The translations under genes and the position numbers were made by a program. Under the pieces are notes generated by a model, which was not told where the DNA came from, searched no databases, and saw only the letters and a program-made list of their open reading frames with translations. From a virus: DNA of 43,105 nt. The stretch's first letter is position 1; each line of letters opens with the position of its first letter. Of this stretch, positions 1 to 13,759 are shown one piece after another. The stretch lies in IMG/VR virus record IMGVR_UViG_3300045125_000155; one strand, given 5' to 3'.

Positions 1-539
1 TTTGTCCAAAACCTACTATTCCATCCCGATTGCAATCAGCATCCCATTCCATCATATAAAATCTTGAGTATAGATAATTACCTGCATCATGGACTCTCAT
101 GGGCACATTTTGATAACGAACCAAAGCGTAATAATGTCACTACCATTATCTGGTTCTCCCCACGCTGTATTCCAATAATCAAAATCGCAGGTGGAATTGT
201 CTACCCATCGCCAAAGCCCATAATCCAAACGCATAAGTCCAATTATCTAAGGGCCTTCGCCTGCACCTCCGCCTCCATAGTACTGTGGCAAATAACCGCC
301 AGTAGCGGATACAGCAAATGCAAATTCATTGCCAATAACCAGTAAGTAAATGTGCTCTTGAGTTTCTGCAAGACTTTTTGCTTGTGTCGCATAAATTAAT
401 TCTTGCACTGCAACACCAATTGCATAGAAATGTCCGTTGCCACCTTCTGATACCTTCCACTTCAACAGGAGTTGTGTAGTGGTTTGGGCATAAGTAGTTC
501 CTGTAATTATTGCTAAAATTACAAATTTCTGTTCAGCAT
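1..539 (-). CDS. Secreted C-type-lectin-like protein, planctomycete style (3' truncated by window, frameshifted)
   Basis: Signal-like N-terminus, then KWKVSEGGNGHFY, GP*IIGL...WRWVDNSTCDFDYW...GEPDN (lectin-like) and EWDADCNRDGIVGFGQ at the window edge; pieced together across frames. Confidence 0.65.
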
Positions 540-556
540 CTTTTTACGCCAAAAAT

Positions 557-871
557 TTACTTCATGAGGAGCCCATCAGAATCTTTCTTGACAATGATAG
601 CCTCAATGATCGCCCAAATCCACACTAAGATAGGCGGAATCACCATCCAAAACAAAAAGATAGTTATTGCAAGCTGCCAAATACCACGAACATTGTAGCC
701 TGCATAAAAATTGTGTACACCAAATTGCCCAAGAAGCAAAGCCAATACAATAAATAACACTCTACTTTTCACTATTGGTAAATTACAATAGTTGAAATTT
801 ACAGTTTTACCACATTTCTGACAGAATACAGATTGACTCTGCATTTCTGTGCCGCAATCTCTACAAAACAT
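557..871 (-). CDS. Zinc-ribbon + TM2 domain membrane protein
   Basis: MFCRDCG...FCQKCG ribbon; KSRVLFIVLALLLGQFGVHNFYAGY TM2 signature. Confidence 0.8.
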   Translation of the reverse strand: MFCRDCGTEMQSQSVFCQKCGKTVNFNYCNLPIVKSRVLFIVLALLLGQFGVHNFYAGYNVRGIWQLAITIFLFWMVIPPILVWIWAIIEAIIVKKDSDGLLMK

Positions 872-897
872 AAATACCTTTCTTTACATGAATCTAC

Positions 898-1226
898 TCA
901 GAAATCAACAATACATATATCAGAACATTCATAGAACCCATTACAACACCAAAAAGAGCGCGACCTCTGACCGCACTTTTCTGGATTCTTACTGATGTCA
1001 ATGAGAGCAAGATAACCAAAAATAATTGCAAACAAACCCACAGGCAACGCTAAACTGAATAAACCTAGATATCCAGCCGTTATGGCGTATCCAGATCTAT
1101 CTACAGGCAATAAAAGCCTAACAGCTTGTTTATTTGCATCATTTCTACGAGCCACGCTATCCCCGCACTCATAGCAAACAATTTCGTTGATCCGGAATTT
1201 GCTTTACCGCATGTAATACAATACAT
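898..1226 (-). CDS. Zinc-ribbon + DUF4190-like membrane protein (frameshifted)
   Basis: MYCITCG start in one frame joins LLLPVDRSGYAITAGYLGLFS...AIIFGYLALIDISKNPEKCG. Confidence 0.6.
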
Positions 1227-1245
1227 GTTTGCTTTTGCTTTATAT

Positions 1246-1626
1246 TTACTTATCGGACTTCTTCTTGCTGCTTTTAAGCATCCTCTTGCAACGATCAATC
1301 ACCTTGAGCATATCATCGTGCATGCTTTGCGGAATATGCTTGTACAAAAATTCATCAACAACAAGATCATGAAGTTTGAAGGTATTGTCTTCCATACGTC
1401 CAATAGCAATCTGAATGCCACGGATCTTGTCAAAAACATCACCTTCAGTGGTATTGCATAGAGACCAGCCAATCGAGACCTTTTTCTTGTCGTAATTGAC
1501 TTTTGCTACGATGATACCCTTCTTGTTGCGGCGGCTACTACGAGTATGATACTTGAGAATATCAACATCATCGAGTACAAGCTTGCCAGCAACACAGTCA
1601 GTAACTTTACGGCTAATAGTAATCAT
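1246..1626 (-). CDS. Hypothetical phage protein
   Basis: 126-aa ORF with RBS (AAGGA) and upstream promoter motif; IGWSLCN...FDKIRGIQIAIGR. Confidence 0.7.
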   Translation of the reverse strand: MITISRKVTDCVAGKLVLDDVDILKYHTRSSRRNKKGIIVAKVNYDKKKVSIGWSLCNTTEGDVFDKIRGIQIAIGRMEDNTFKLHDLVVDEFLYKHIPQSMHDDMLKVIDRCKRMLKSSKKKSDK

Positions 1627-1674
1627 TCAAATTTCCTTTATACTTTTGGTTTGCAACATTTTCTGCGACACTAC

Positions 1675-1699
1675 ATTATAGGTCGCAAGAAAAACACTT
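1675..1699 (-). promoter_or_regulatory. AAGTG-N14-TATAAT promoter
   Basis: Minus strand AAGTG tttttcttgcgacc TATAAT upstream of the 1626 start; same spacing at five other sites. Confidence 0.6.
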
Positions 1700-1772
1700 A
1701 GATCGAACTAAACGATACTTGCAAATTTCTTTGCAAATATCGTTTGACTAGTTCCTCCGATTATCAAGCAAA

Positions 1773-1863
1773 GTCAGTGCCTGAGGAGGGGCGTAGCATT
1801 CCCCGGAGTCCCCATCGTTACAACGCCACGATGAGATAGGCTCGTGAGAAGAACGACATACCC
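1773..1863 (-). ncRNA. Candidate small structured RNA (three-way junction)
   Basis: GC-rich intergenic stretch directly after a promoter motif; GCCT/AGGC closing stem with CTCATCGT/ACGATGGG and GGGG/CCCC hairpins. Confidence 0.4.
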
Positions 1864-1867
1864 ATAC

Positions 1868-1892
1868 ATTGTAGGCGACAGAAAAGGCACTT
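1868..1892 (-). promoter_or_regulatory. AAGTG-N14-TACAAT promoter
   Basis: AAGTG ccttttctgtcgcc TACAAT. Confidence 0.55.
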
Positions 1893-1904
1893 TTTGCCGA
1901 ACAT

Positions 1905-4460
1905 GACTAAAGTTTTCACGGCAGCTTCGGCTATTTCTTGCGTAGACTGCACTAGCCGCAACGATTTCGTCGTTTTCAGCCAACTTGACCAATTTGACTC
2001 CAGTAGTACCCCTACCAATTACCTTAATGCTTTCAGCCGGAATACGAACCATCTGTCCCTGCTTCGTAATGATAACCAAATCTTGACTATCATTCACAAT
2101 CATAGCACCAACAGATTTTCCAGTCTTCTTATCATGCCGAATATCTATGCGACCCTTACCGCCCTTGCTTTGAGGACGCAATTTTCCACCATCAGTAGGT
2201 TCAACCAAATATTGATCTACATAGGTGCGCTTACCAAATCCCCTTTCGGTATATGTAAGCATGCTCATATTGCCATCAAGAGTAACAATCTCGCCATCTT
2301 TGTCATGTATCATAGGAATAGAAATTCCATTCACAACATAATCATCATCAGAAACCTTCATCGCACAAACACCTTGCGCATTTCTTCCCATAATGTTGAG
2401 ATCAGCCTCATTAAACCTAATAGCCATTCCTTGATGTGTTACAAGCAAGATATCATCTATACCAGTACTCGTAAATACATTGACAATCTTATCATCTTCC
2501 TTGATCTTCGTAGCTATAACGCCACTCTTATCAATCTTGATGTAATGACGGATCGCACTACGCTTTACATATCCGTTTTTGCTAATAAAGTTTACAAACA
2601 GCTGTTGCTTGCTCAATGACTTGACTGGTAAGTATGCACGAACTTTTTCATCTTCGCGCAAATTTATAAAGTTAATTATTGGCCTACCACGAGCAGAACG
2701 AGTTGCTTCTGGCAATTCATAGACCTTAATGCTAAATGCACGGCCAGTATCAGTAAAGCACAAGAGATCATCATGCGTAGATGCAGTAAACATGTACTGC
2801 ATAGCAAGATCGTTACTCGTATTACCAGAAATAACTCCCATGCCGCCACGATTTTGCTTGCGATATTCTTTCAATGCAACACGCTTGATGCAGTCGTCTG
2901 TAGTGATACAGACAACAACATCTTCTCTCGCAATAAGATCCGCCTCATTAATCAACTGCATCTGACCGCTAATAACAGTTCTTCTATCGTTGCCAAACTT
3001 TTCTGCAAGCTCTTTTTGCTCTTGTATGATAATAGAAAGAATTTCTTGAGCATCAGCAAGTATCTTAGTAAGATATTTGACTCGCTCTTCTTTCTTGTTC
3101 TTCTCATCCAAAAGAGCATTCTGTTCAAGCTTCGTCAACTTAGCAAGAGTGATAGCCAAAACAGCCTTCGCTTGACGTTCGGTAAATACAATCTTCTTCT
3201 CAATCAAAAGACTCATGGCAGCCTCAGGATTATCACAGTTACGGATTATTTTGATAGCTTCATCAATCTTTTGTGTAACATTGATAAGACCGCTCAAAAT
3301 CTCAATTCTTTCATTGGCATCTGCAAGTTCAGCGTTATACTTATTTGTAAGAACTTCAATACGATGATCAATAAAAGCCTTAATCAAAAGCTTGATCGGG
3401 GCTTTGTCATAAAGTTTACCATCAACAAGAACCGTATTGTTGACAGCATACGCAACTCGAAGGCATCGTATGAGACAAGATTTGATTGAGGATAACCTTG
3501 ACATTTCCATTTCTGCCAACCTCAACAACAACTTTAGTACCAATTTTGTTGCTAGAATAGTTGGCAATATCTGAAATGCCACCAATCTTTCCCTTTTCAA
3601 TCAAATCTTTAAGTTGATTCCTAAATTTTTCAGGTGATCCGCCTTCAGGGAATTGAGTGATAACAATCTTATCATTTGATTTGTTATCTGATTCAATCTC
3701 ATAGATGCCCTCAAGTTTGAGGGATGCCCTTCCGTTTTCGTAATATTCCAGTACATTTTCCTGTCCCAAGAGCTTACCGCCCGTGGGAAAATCAGGACCT
3801 GGCATGATCTGCAAAATTTCTTTAGCAGTTATATCATTGTTTTTGATATATGCTTCGAAAACATTCGCCAACTCGATGAGATTGTGAGGCGGAAGATTTG
3901 TTGCATAACCTACGGCAATACCCGAACCACCATTGAGAAGCAGATTCGGTAATTTTGCAGGTAAAACAGTTGGCTCTTCACGCGACTCATCATAATTCTT
4001 TTTGTATTTAACGACTCTTGGCGAAAGATCTTCGAGAAGTGCTGCGCCTGCAAAAGAAAGACGCGCTTCGGTATAACGCTGAGCAGCGGCAGCGTCGCCG
4101 TCTATAGATCCAAAGTTGCCTTGTGGATCTACTAGAGGCATACGCATACCCCAAGGCTGCGCCATTCCGACAAGCGTGCCGTAGAGAGAAACGTCACCGT
4201 GCGGGTGATAATTGCCCATACAATCGCCAACGATTTTAGCACACTTCATATGCTTTTTACTAGGCGAAAGACCAAGTTGATCCATCGCATACAAAATGCG
4301 ACGTTGGCTAGGCTTTAAGCCATCTCGTGCATCAGGAATTGCACGATCTTCAATAACTTTGAATGCATATTTGGTGAAAGCATAATCAATAACAGAATCA
4401 AATTCTTGCTGCTGAATGATATCTACGACGGGTGCTTCAACTACATTTTTTGCGCGACAT
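1905..4460 (-). CDS. gyrA: DNA gyrase subunit A (frameshift near 3450; both ends approximate)
   Basis: RAIPDARDGLKPSQRRIL, YHPHGD, catalytic AAAQRYTEARL, GIAVGYATNLPPHN, GyrA-box QNRGGMG, C-terminal pinwheel repeats. Confidence 0.95.
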
Positions 4461-4463
4461 TTT

Positions 4464-7612
<3,149 letters not shown>

Positions 7613-7616
<4 letters not shown>

Positions 7617-8409
7617 TTTAATAAACCTTTGCTTTTGAGATAATCTTCAAATTTTTGCTCATCATAAAACTTATTCTTCTTCATATTAACAGCCTTGTCT
7701 AATGGCTGCAAATTGTCAAGAGCACAAATAATTTTAGGATCTTTTATGCCATAGTCCAAAAATGCCTTAATTGGATATACATGATCTATGTGATATGCGG
7801 TTTTGTCTTGTAATTTATTCCAATTAGGATGATTGAATATGTGTTGTCTAAGGTCTTTCCAATCATACCCAAGTATATTATATATTTCTTCACTTGCTTT
7901 TTTGTTTCGACCAGAAACTGCTGCTCGTAAATTATTTCGCCAAGCCCGCCAGATTTTCCCATTTTGCGCAACAAATTCTCTATCAGGATTCCAATTTGGG
8001 TTATTCGCTCCGCTATTTTCGATTGCTGCGCATTTGGCGCATCCATGTCCGCAGTCCTTGAATTTTGTAAGATTTGTCTTGTAGAGATGCCCTCTCGGAC
8101 ATAGTGCTTCAAATATTTGTCTACCATGCGAATGATGATCGGTTAATAAAGTGTATCCCCTAGAAGAAAACACATCTCGTATTTTCTCGATCGGCGTTAA
8201 TTTTTGCGCTCTTCGTCTTTGATGATAACATTCAATGCATCGTCTTCCGCTATGAAAATCAGCATATGTGATTTCTTTTGATGACCGCTCGGGCAAATGT
8301 ACTTGAGCTTTTGTTTGCCATTTATGTACGTAGTCGAAATGAGAGTGCAATTTGCTTCTTCAAAATCTTTTTTTACTTCTTCGTATGTTTTTCTTGTTGT
8401 TTTTCCCAT
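7613..8409 (-). CDS. Free-standing HNH endonuclease with two zinc-binding repeats (frameshift near 8280)
   Basis: Two CPxGH...CxxC repeats, GANNPNW linker, C-terminal YHIDHVYPI...ALDNLQPL...N; stop overlaps the gyrB ATG (ATGA). Confidence 0.85.
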
Positions 8410-8422
8410 ATCTGTTAATCGA

Positions 8423-8515
8423 TCAAATTTCTTTTATATAATAAGCTGGCCTATGCCTCACGGCGGCGAGACCTTTGAGCACTTGAATTTTAGAGCCATC
8501 ATAACTCTGTGTCAT
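8423..8515 (-). pseudogene. gyrB: Orphan gyrB 5' fragment (30 aa)
   Basis: MTQSYDGSKIQVLKGLAAVRHRPAYYIKEI* aligns with GyrB start [28 protein letters not shown]; its ATG overlaps the upstream gene's TGA. Confidence 0.85.
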
Positions 8516-9067
8516 TTAGTCCATTCCTTTCCTGTCCAGTATTCAAAACCGGGTAAATCTTTCTTGTAGTCAAAAATTGGGTAATAGTTGCTTATATACA
8601 TATACTTATAGTCATCAAGAAATTTGTCTATAAGATAGTAGTATGACAACGTGCCACAAGAATTTTTTGTCAATGTCTTGTCATATATCATAGTCGAGTA
8701 GAAAAGCACATCATCATAGAAATTCACTACACCAAGTAGTGCGTCATCCATGGTAAAAAGATAATTTTTTTGTGCTAAAAAATAAAGAAGTCTCATCTTT
8801 GAATTTGCCCGCATTATCTATATATTTATCAATATTTTGCGGTTCAGATATCTTGATTTGTTTGACTTCTCTTTTTCTTCGCGCAGAAATATAATCCAGT
8901 TCTAATCTGCAGCTACAGCACTGATACCATCCATTAAAATGTGGTAGCCAGCCATTTTCAAACATATATCTGTATGTTTCGTTTTCAATTTCCGCAAAAG
9001 CTTCTGTGAGTACTATATCTTTTTCATCAACAAAAATTCCATTTTCATGGCTGAATCTTATTTTCAT
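8512..9067 (-). CDS. Arginyl/leucyl-tRNA-protein transferase (ATE/Bpt)-like protein (frameshifted)
   Basis: FENGWLP...WYQCCSCR N-terminal motif; YDKTLTKNSCGTLS...YMYISNYYPIFDYKKDLPGFEYWTGKEW resembles the ATE C-terminal pattern. Confidence 0.6.
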
Positions 9068-9124
9068 CTTTTTATTTCCTGCATCTTTTGTGCATCAAGA
9101 TTATTATAGAAATCAGATGCTTTT

Positions 9125-9777
9125 TTATTTGATCTCTCCATCTACAATATTTGTGTGATCATATTCAAGAATATCAGTATCAGGCGTGACCCATTTACCA
9201 GTTCTTTCAGCAGTCCACAAATGTGTATTGTATTTGCGATGAATAACTAAATCTTCTTTTACTGTAAAACTCGGATCAAATAAACGCAAACGATTGTTGG
9301 GTTTGTATTGCAAAATTACCATTATCCATAGCAATCACATGACCGCATTTATGTTGAGATACATCTTCGGAAAGTGATAGATCTAAAATAGAATCATCTT
9401 GATGAGCCCAATCGAGAGTAAAAAGATAGACGACCCTGATACGTTTGTTTTCTCGCGAAATAAAACGCATCGTCTTATTTTTCAATAATGGGAAACAAGT
9501 TGCACTAGGATAAATAAGAAAATGAATCCCAAAGTACAAGTTCATCAAGCTCTTGTTGCGGTGCATCTTTTTTTGTGCAAAATGCATGAATAGGCATTCG
9601 CCACCACAAACCACCATCTTCCATCATAAAATGGAATAACGGAGTGCGGCCAGGTATCGATGCCATGCCAAATATGTAACAGGGGAATTTCAAGGTCATG
9701 CGAATCTTCTTGATTTCGCAAAAGTTTCCACGTACATAACAATCAATAGGTGGAATGGGTATATTAAGATATGACAT
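9125..9777 (-). CDS. Conserved uncharacterised phage protein (frameshifted)
   Basis: MSYLNIPIPPIDCYVR...GGLWWRMPIHAF...LWDSFSY...YLFTLDWAH...HKCGHVIAMDNGNFAIQPNNR; family recognised from aquatic phages. Confidence 0.75.
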
Positions 9778-9795
9778 CTGGCTTTACTTCCTCAA

Positions 9796-10608
9796 TTATT
9801 TCGTCGCTGGAAATACATCGTAAAATGCTTCTGGAACTACCGACTCAATCCATTTTCTGTGAGTTGCTAATTCAACTGCAAAACCAGTTATAGGAGCTTC
9901 ATCATAAATTGCATCAATGATACCTAGAAGATAAAATTGATTGTCAAATCTACTAAAAATACCGCCGCCCGAATCGCCGGGTCCATGCATGCCTTCGCCC
10001 ATAATTGCTTGGCCTATATCAACTTTTGAACTGGGTCCACGCAACATAAAATAATACATCAAAATTTTGTGATCTTTGCAAGCTTTGTCAAGTGTAGTTT
10101 TTATAGAATAAACCTTGCAGTTACATTTTTAAAAACTCTTTTGTACCATATGGCAAATCAAAATCAATTTTCTTATGATCAACTTTAGAGGCACCACGAC
10201 CGACACCTACTCCATAGAACTCATCGTCTAATACCATTGCTATTATCTTGACTCCACTATCCACTTTTTCAGAAAGTTTGCATATTGCCAAATCTGTAGT
10301 ATCACTGAAAAAAATAGCTTCAGCTGTAACGTTTTTGCCTTCAGTTATATAGATTATTTCACTTGGCGCAACTATATCATCCGTCAGATCCATGCTAAGA
10401 GTTACGCAATGTTTGGCCGTAATAATGTATTGTCCACCATAAAGCACAACAGCCGAACCTGCACTGCCATTTGCTTTATTGTAAATACCGCCAACAAATG
10501 GGAAATCAGAGGATTTGAAGTCATAAGGACAAGATTCATTACTTACTACGCCTGCAAAACTTACGGTTAATAAACATACAGATAAGGCGGCGATTAATAT
10601 TTTTTCAT
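9796..10608 (-). CDS. Secreted trypsin-like serine protease (frameshifted)
   Basis: Signal peptide MKKILIAALSVCLL; triad motifs ITAKHCV, DLAI, GDSGGG. Confidence 0.85.
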
Positions 10609-10631
10609 AATAATACTTTCTGTAGAAAAAA

Positions 10632-11652
10632 CCTACATAAGTATTACATGAAGAATAAATCGATAACCTTCTATAATTATGGAATACGCTTCTACTTCAA
10701 CAAAATCAGGCGTGACAAAGACAAAAATATCTTTTTGCCACTTGAAAGTCCTATTTTTTCTATGAACAATTGCTTGCATGACTTTTTCAAATTCTTCTCT
10801 ATTGAGAGCGTCAATATTGAAATCTCTGCAGATTGAGAAGCAAGACTTTCGCAGCCATTCATAGACAACGATGCTATTCGAGAGGCCTCAAGGCATCAGC
10901 CGAAATTTTAGTCTCAAATTTCTCGTATCTACGCAGAAGAGCAAGTTGATCTTCTACAAGCGATTGTACATGACGTGCTGTTTGACTGATATTATTGGCG
11001 TGCAAAGCGTAATTAGGAAAAATCGCACGAAGCTGAGGAATGATGTCATTCCTGATTTTGTTTCTAGTATATTGAGTATCTTCGTTACTAAGATCTTCGT
11101 TGAATGGAATATTATTTTTTACGCAAATTTCGTAGATTTCTTCTTTTGTTACGTCAAGAAGCGGACGAACAAAATGGACGCAATCCATTTTCAACGACGA
11201 TGCAATTCCACTGATTCCTCTTAAACCAGAACCACGACAAATTTTCATCAATAAAGTTTCGAGTTGATCATCAGCATGATGACCTGTAGCTGCGTATTCG
11301 TAACCAAAAAAGATGCAATTAGAAATGATTCTATGATATCGTTCTTCTCTGTAGTCTTGCTCAGAGGCGGGCGTGTCCTTTTTATCACGTAAATAAATTT
11401 GCATCTCTTCGAAATCAATGTCATTATTGTCACAATACTTTTTACGAGATCACGGTCTTTGTGTGATTCCTCTTTTGTGCGCATATCATGAACTGCATGC
11501 ATAACGAGGATCTTTTTGTAGATTTTTTGCGCGCAAAAAAGAAGAGCCATACTATCGGCTCCTCCGCTGCAACAAATAACAATCTTACTCGAATCAACGA
11601 GGTTTCGATAATTCGACAAAATTCGATTGATAGTTTTTGTTGGCTGACTCAT
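10632..11652 (-). CDS. tilS: tRNA(Ile)-lysidine synthetase (frameshifted; 3' end approximate)
   Basis: CSGGADSMALL PP-loop, TGHHADDQLETLLMKICRGSG, VRPLL, EDLSNEDTQYTRNKIR. Confidence 0.9.
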
Positions 11653-12223
11653 TTATCTTTGTGATTTTCTAATGTAATTGCTCTACCTTCAAGATGCATG
11701 ATTTTTCCCAACGTACGGAACAATTTTGATATCATGCATAGTAGATACAAGAGCTTGCAGTTCAAGATATCCAGCAGCAAACTGGTGCATACGATCACCA
11801 ACTACAACATGCTTCAAACCAGACTTGACAATCATGCGCAAGACAATCGTTGCAGGGCAAACCAGTAATGTAGATTTTGCAATTATGCAGATTTTGAGCA
11901 GCGCTCAGTATCGCATTGACTTCTGCATGCATTATATGCTGATACTTTAAAGGTCGCAAATTTGGCATGCAAATATCTTCTGCACCTGGTAAAAATCCAT
12001 TGTAGCCAGTTGCAATGATCTTGTTTGCAGCATCTACTATGACGGCTCCGTGTTGCGTCTGCGAATCTGGTGAGCGATGCGCAACAAGAAAAGCCAAAGA
12101 CATGAAGTACTCATCCCAGCTTATTCTCTCATATTCGCTATTGATAAATTTTTCATTGCCAAAACCAGTGTGCATTTTTATTGCAGCAACAGCATTTTCA
12201 ACAGTCGTATATCTGCCATTCAT
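11649..12223 (-). CDS. dCMP deaminase
   Basis: RISWDEYFM, RSPDSQTQHGAVIV, TGYNG, HAEVNAI, PCNDC. Confidence 0.9.
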
Positions 12224-12277
12224 CTACCAACTTGGCTGCCGTATCAGTCAATATGTTCAAGACATTCTGTTTGCATT

Positions 12278-12816
12278 TTATTCCTTATTGCTGTTGTATA
12301 CTTCTATATAGTCGTTTAGGTTCTTGCTATTCTCTATGATAGAACGCATTCTGCTCTTTACGCTATGCAAATTCGAATCAAAAATTGCAGCATCCTTGGC
12401 TTTCTGTAAATCAATTTCGATACGTATAAGTAGATCATTTATTTGTATGTATGCTCTGCATATAAACCTCAATATTGAGCGCTAAAGCAAGATTCGCCGT
12501 CTACAACACTTCTTCTTGATTAAGATCCCTTTTTAGCCATCTCTTCTATATTAAGAATAAGATCCAATCGAGTCACAATATCGTAGATAAGTTTTTCATC
12601 TTCAGGGCTATATTTGAGAGGAAACTTTATAGTGTCATAGCCGTTGATTAAGCATACAGCTATAACGGTACAGAACACAATGTGGCTTTCTTCCTCCGCA
12701 ACTTCATCTAGGGATTCAGCTAAACATTGAAGATACAACTCGTTGATCAAGTCAATATTTTTGTAAAGAACATCAATTAAATCACAAAATTCGCTGCGTA
12801 ATTCTGTACTAAGCAT
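12278..12816 (-). CDS. Hypothetical protein(s); junction uncertain because of indels
   Basis: ORFs 12520-12816 and 12278-12472 in operon orientation. Confidence 0.5.
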
Positions 12817-12931
12817 GCTGATCCTTTTGTTGTATTTCAGATGGAATTCTTGAGTAACGCTTGAACTATTTCGGCTTGTTTTTCAGGCTGAATATGCCAT
12901 TCACTGTAGATGCAAGCCTTTTGTTTTGCAT

Positions 12932-12956
12932 AGTTTAGCGAGACAGAATCTCACTT
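12932..12956 (-). promoter_or_regulatory. AAGTG-N14-TAAACT promoter
   Basis: AAGTG agattctgtctcgc TAAACT. Confidence 0.5.
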
Positions 12957-12983
12957 GCTCGCAAAACACACTTCACAAAACAT

Positions 12984-13016
12984 AAAAAATAACCTTCTGA
13001 CATCACATCAGAAGGT
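12984..13016 (-). terminator. Intrinsic terminator
   Basis: ACCTTCTGA-7nt-TCAGAAGGT 9-bp stem followed by TATTTTT on the minus strand. Confidence 0.75.
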
Positions 13017-13020
13017 ATTT

Positions 13021-13235
13021 CTGGTTTGCTATTTGACTTACTTAGGTCACAATAGCTCGTACGCTTGGATTTTCACCATGATTTGTGAAGCTTTCAATGA
13101 GCTGTTGAAAATACCTATTACGCTCTTAGCCAACGAGCAACCCTAGTCACCACTTCACAAATTCTATAGGTTCAACATTTTTCATGTGCGTTACGATGCA
13201 AACTATTCCTTTCGAAACGGAACTTACTAAACCAG
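13021..13235 (-). ncRNA. Candidate ~215-nt multi-stem ncRNA, family unrecognised
   Basis: Closing stem CTGGTTT/AAACCAG, internal TCGTA-CGC/GCG-TACGA, 10-bp ATTTGTGAAG/CTTCACAAAT, hairpins GCTATT-TGAC/GTCA-AATAGC, TTTCAA/TTGAAA, GCTC/GAGC, TTCC/GGAA; ends at a terminator. Confidence 0.65.
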
Positions 13236-13304
13236 TATTTATTCATCGACGTTTTCTAAGCTTTACTGCAAAAACACCATTTTTTACTGCATTTTTGCTT
13301 TAAA

Positions 13305-13347
13305 CGTCTCTCGGCTGGATTCGAACCAGCGACTTCCGACTTAGAAG
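13305..13347 (-). pseudogene. Orphan 3' half of tRNA-Arg(TCT)
   Basis: CTTCTAA GTCGG AAGTC GCTGG TTCGAAT CCAGC CGAGAGAC G; no pairing 5' half adjacent. Confidence 0.8.
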
Positions 13348-13698
13348 ACTGCATGCGGATAATGTATTTCTGCATGACAATTTTTACAAACCAAGTCGCA
13401 TTTATCCAATTCTTGAATAATTCTTGCCCAAGAATGCAGTCTTAATTCGGTCCAATCAAAATCTTTAGTATTGGGATTTCGATGGTGAAATTCGAGCGGC
13501 TGAATACTTTCTACAGTAATCGCATTTGATGATTTGCCGCCTTTGTATTCAATTGCTTTGATTTTTCTTGCAATCCACCTATCCATTTGGTAACGATAAA
13601 GACATGGCTTGCAGTATGGATGAAGTTTTCCTTGTCCTTTTGGGTTGTAGTTATCGAGCGTTTTTTCTTGCTTGCATTTATAACAGGTTTTTTTCCAT
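13341..13698 (-). CDS. HNH homing endonuclease (frameshifted)
   Basis: MEKTCYKCKQEK...YCKPC (after one homopolymer correction), KAIEYKGGK, LEFHHRNPNTKDF, ELDKCDLVCKNCHAEIH; stop TAA lies in the anticodon loop of the tRNA 3' half. Confidence 0.85.
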
Positions 13699-13729
13699 AT
13701 TGAATCTCCTTACGGAGATATTCAATATG
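13696..13729 (-). promoter_or_regulatory. Hairpin sequestering the HNH RBS and start codon
   Basis: CATATTGA(AT)ATCTCC-GTAA-GGAGATTCAATATG; 14 bp, GNRA loop, 3' arm contains GGAG and the ATG. Confidence 0.75.
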
Positions 13730-13759
13730 ATTGTTTAGAATCCCTTCTTTCTATCTAAA

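Noticed and set aside
1779-1841. Hammerhead ribozyme on the + strand (CTGAGGA followed by a stem) or HDV-like ribozyme on the - strand
   Set aside because: GGAG replaces the required GAAA and the cleavage triplet/stem I register does not fit; no P1 partner exists for an HDV fold
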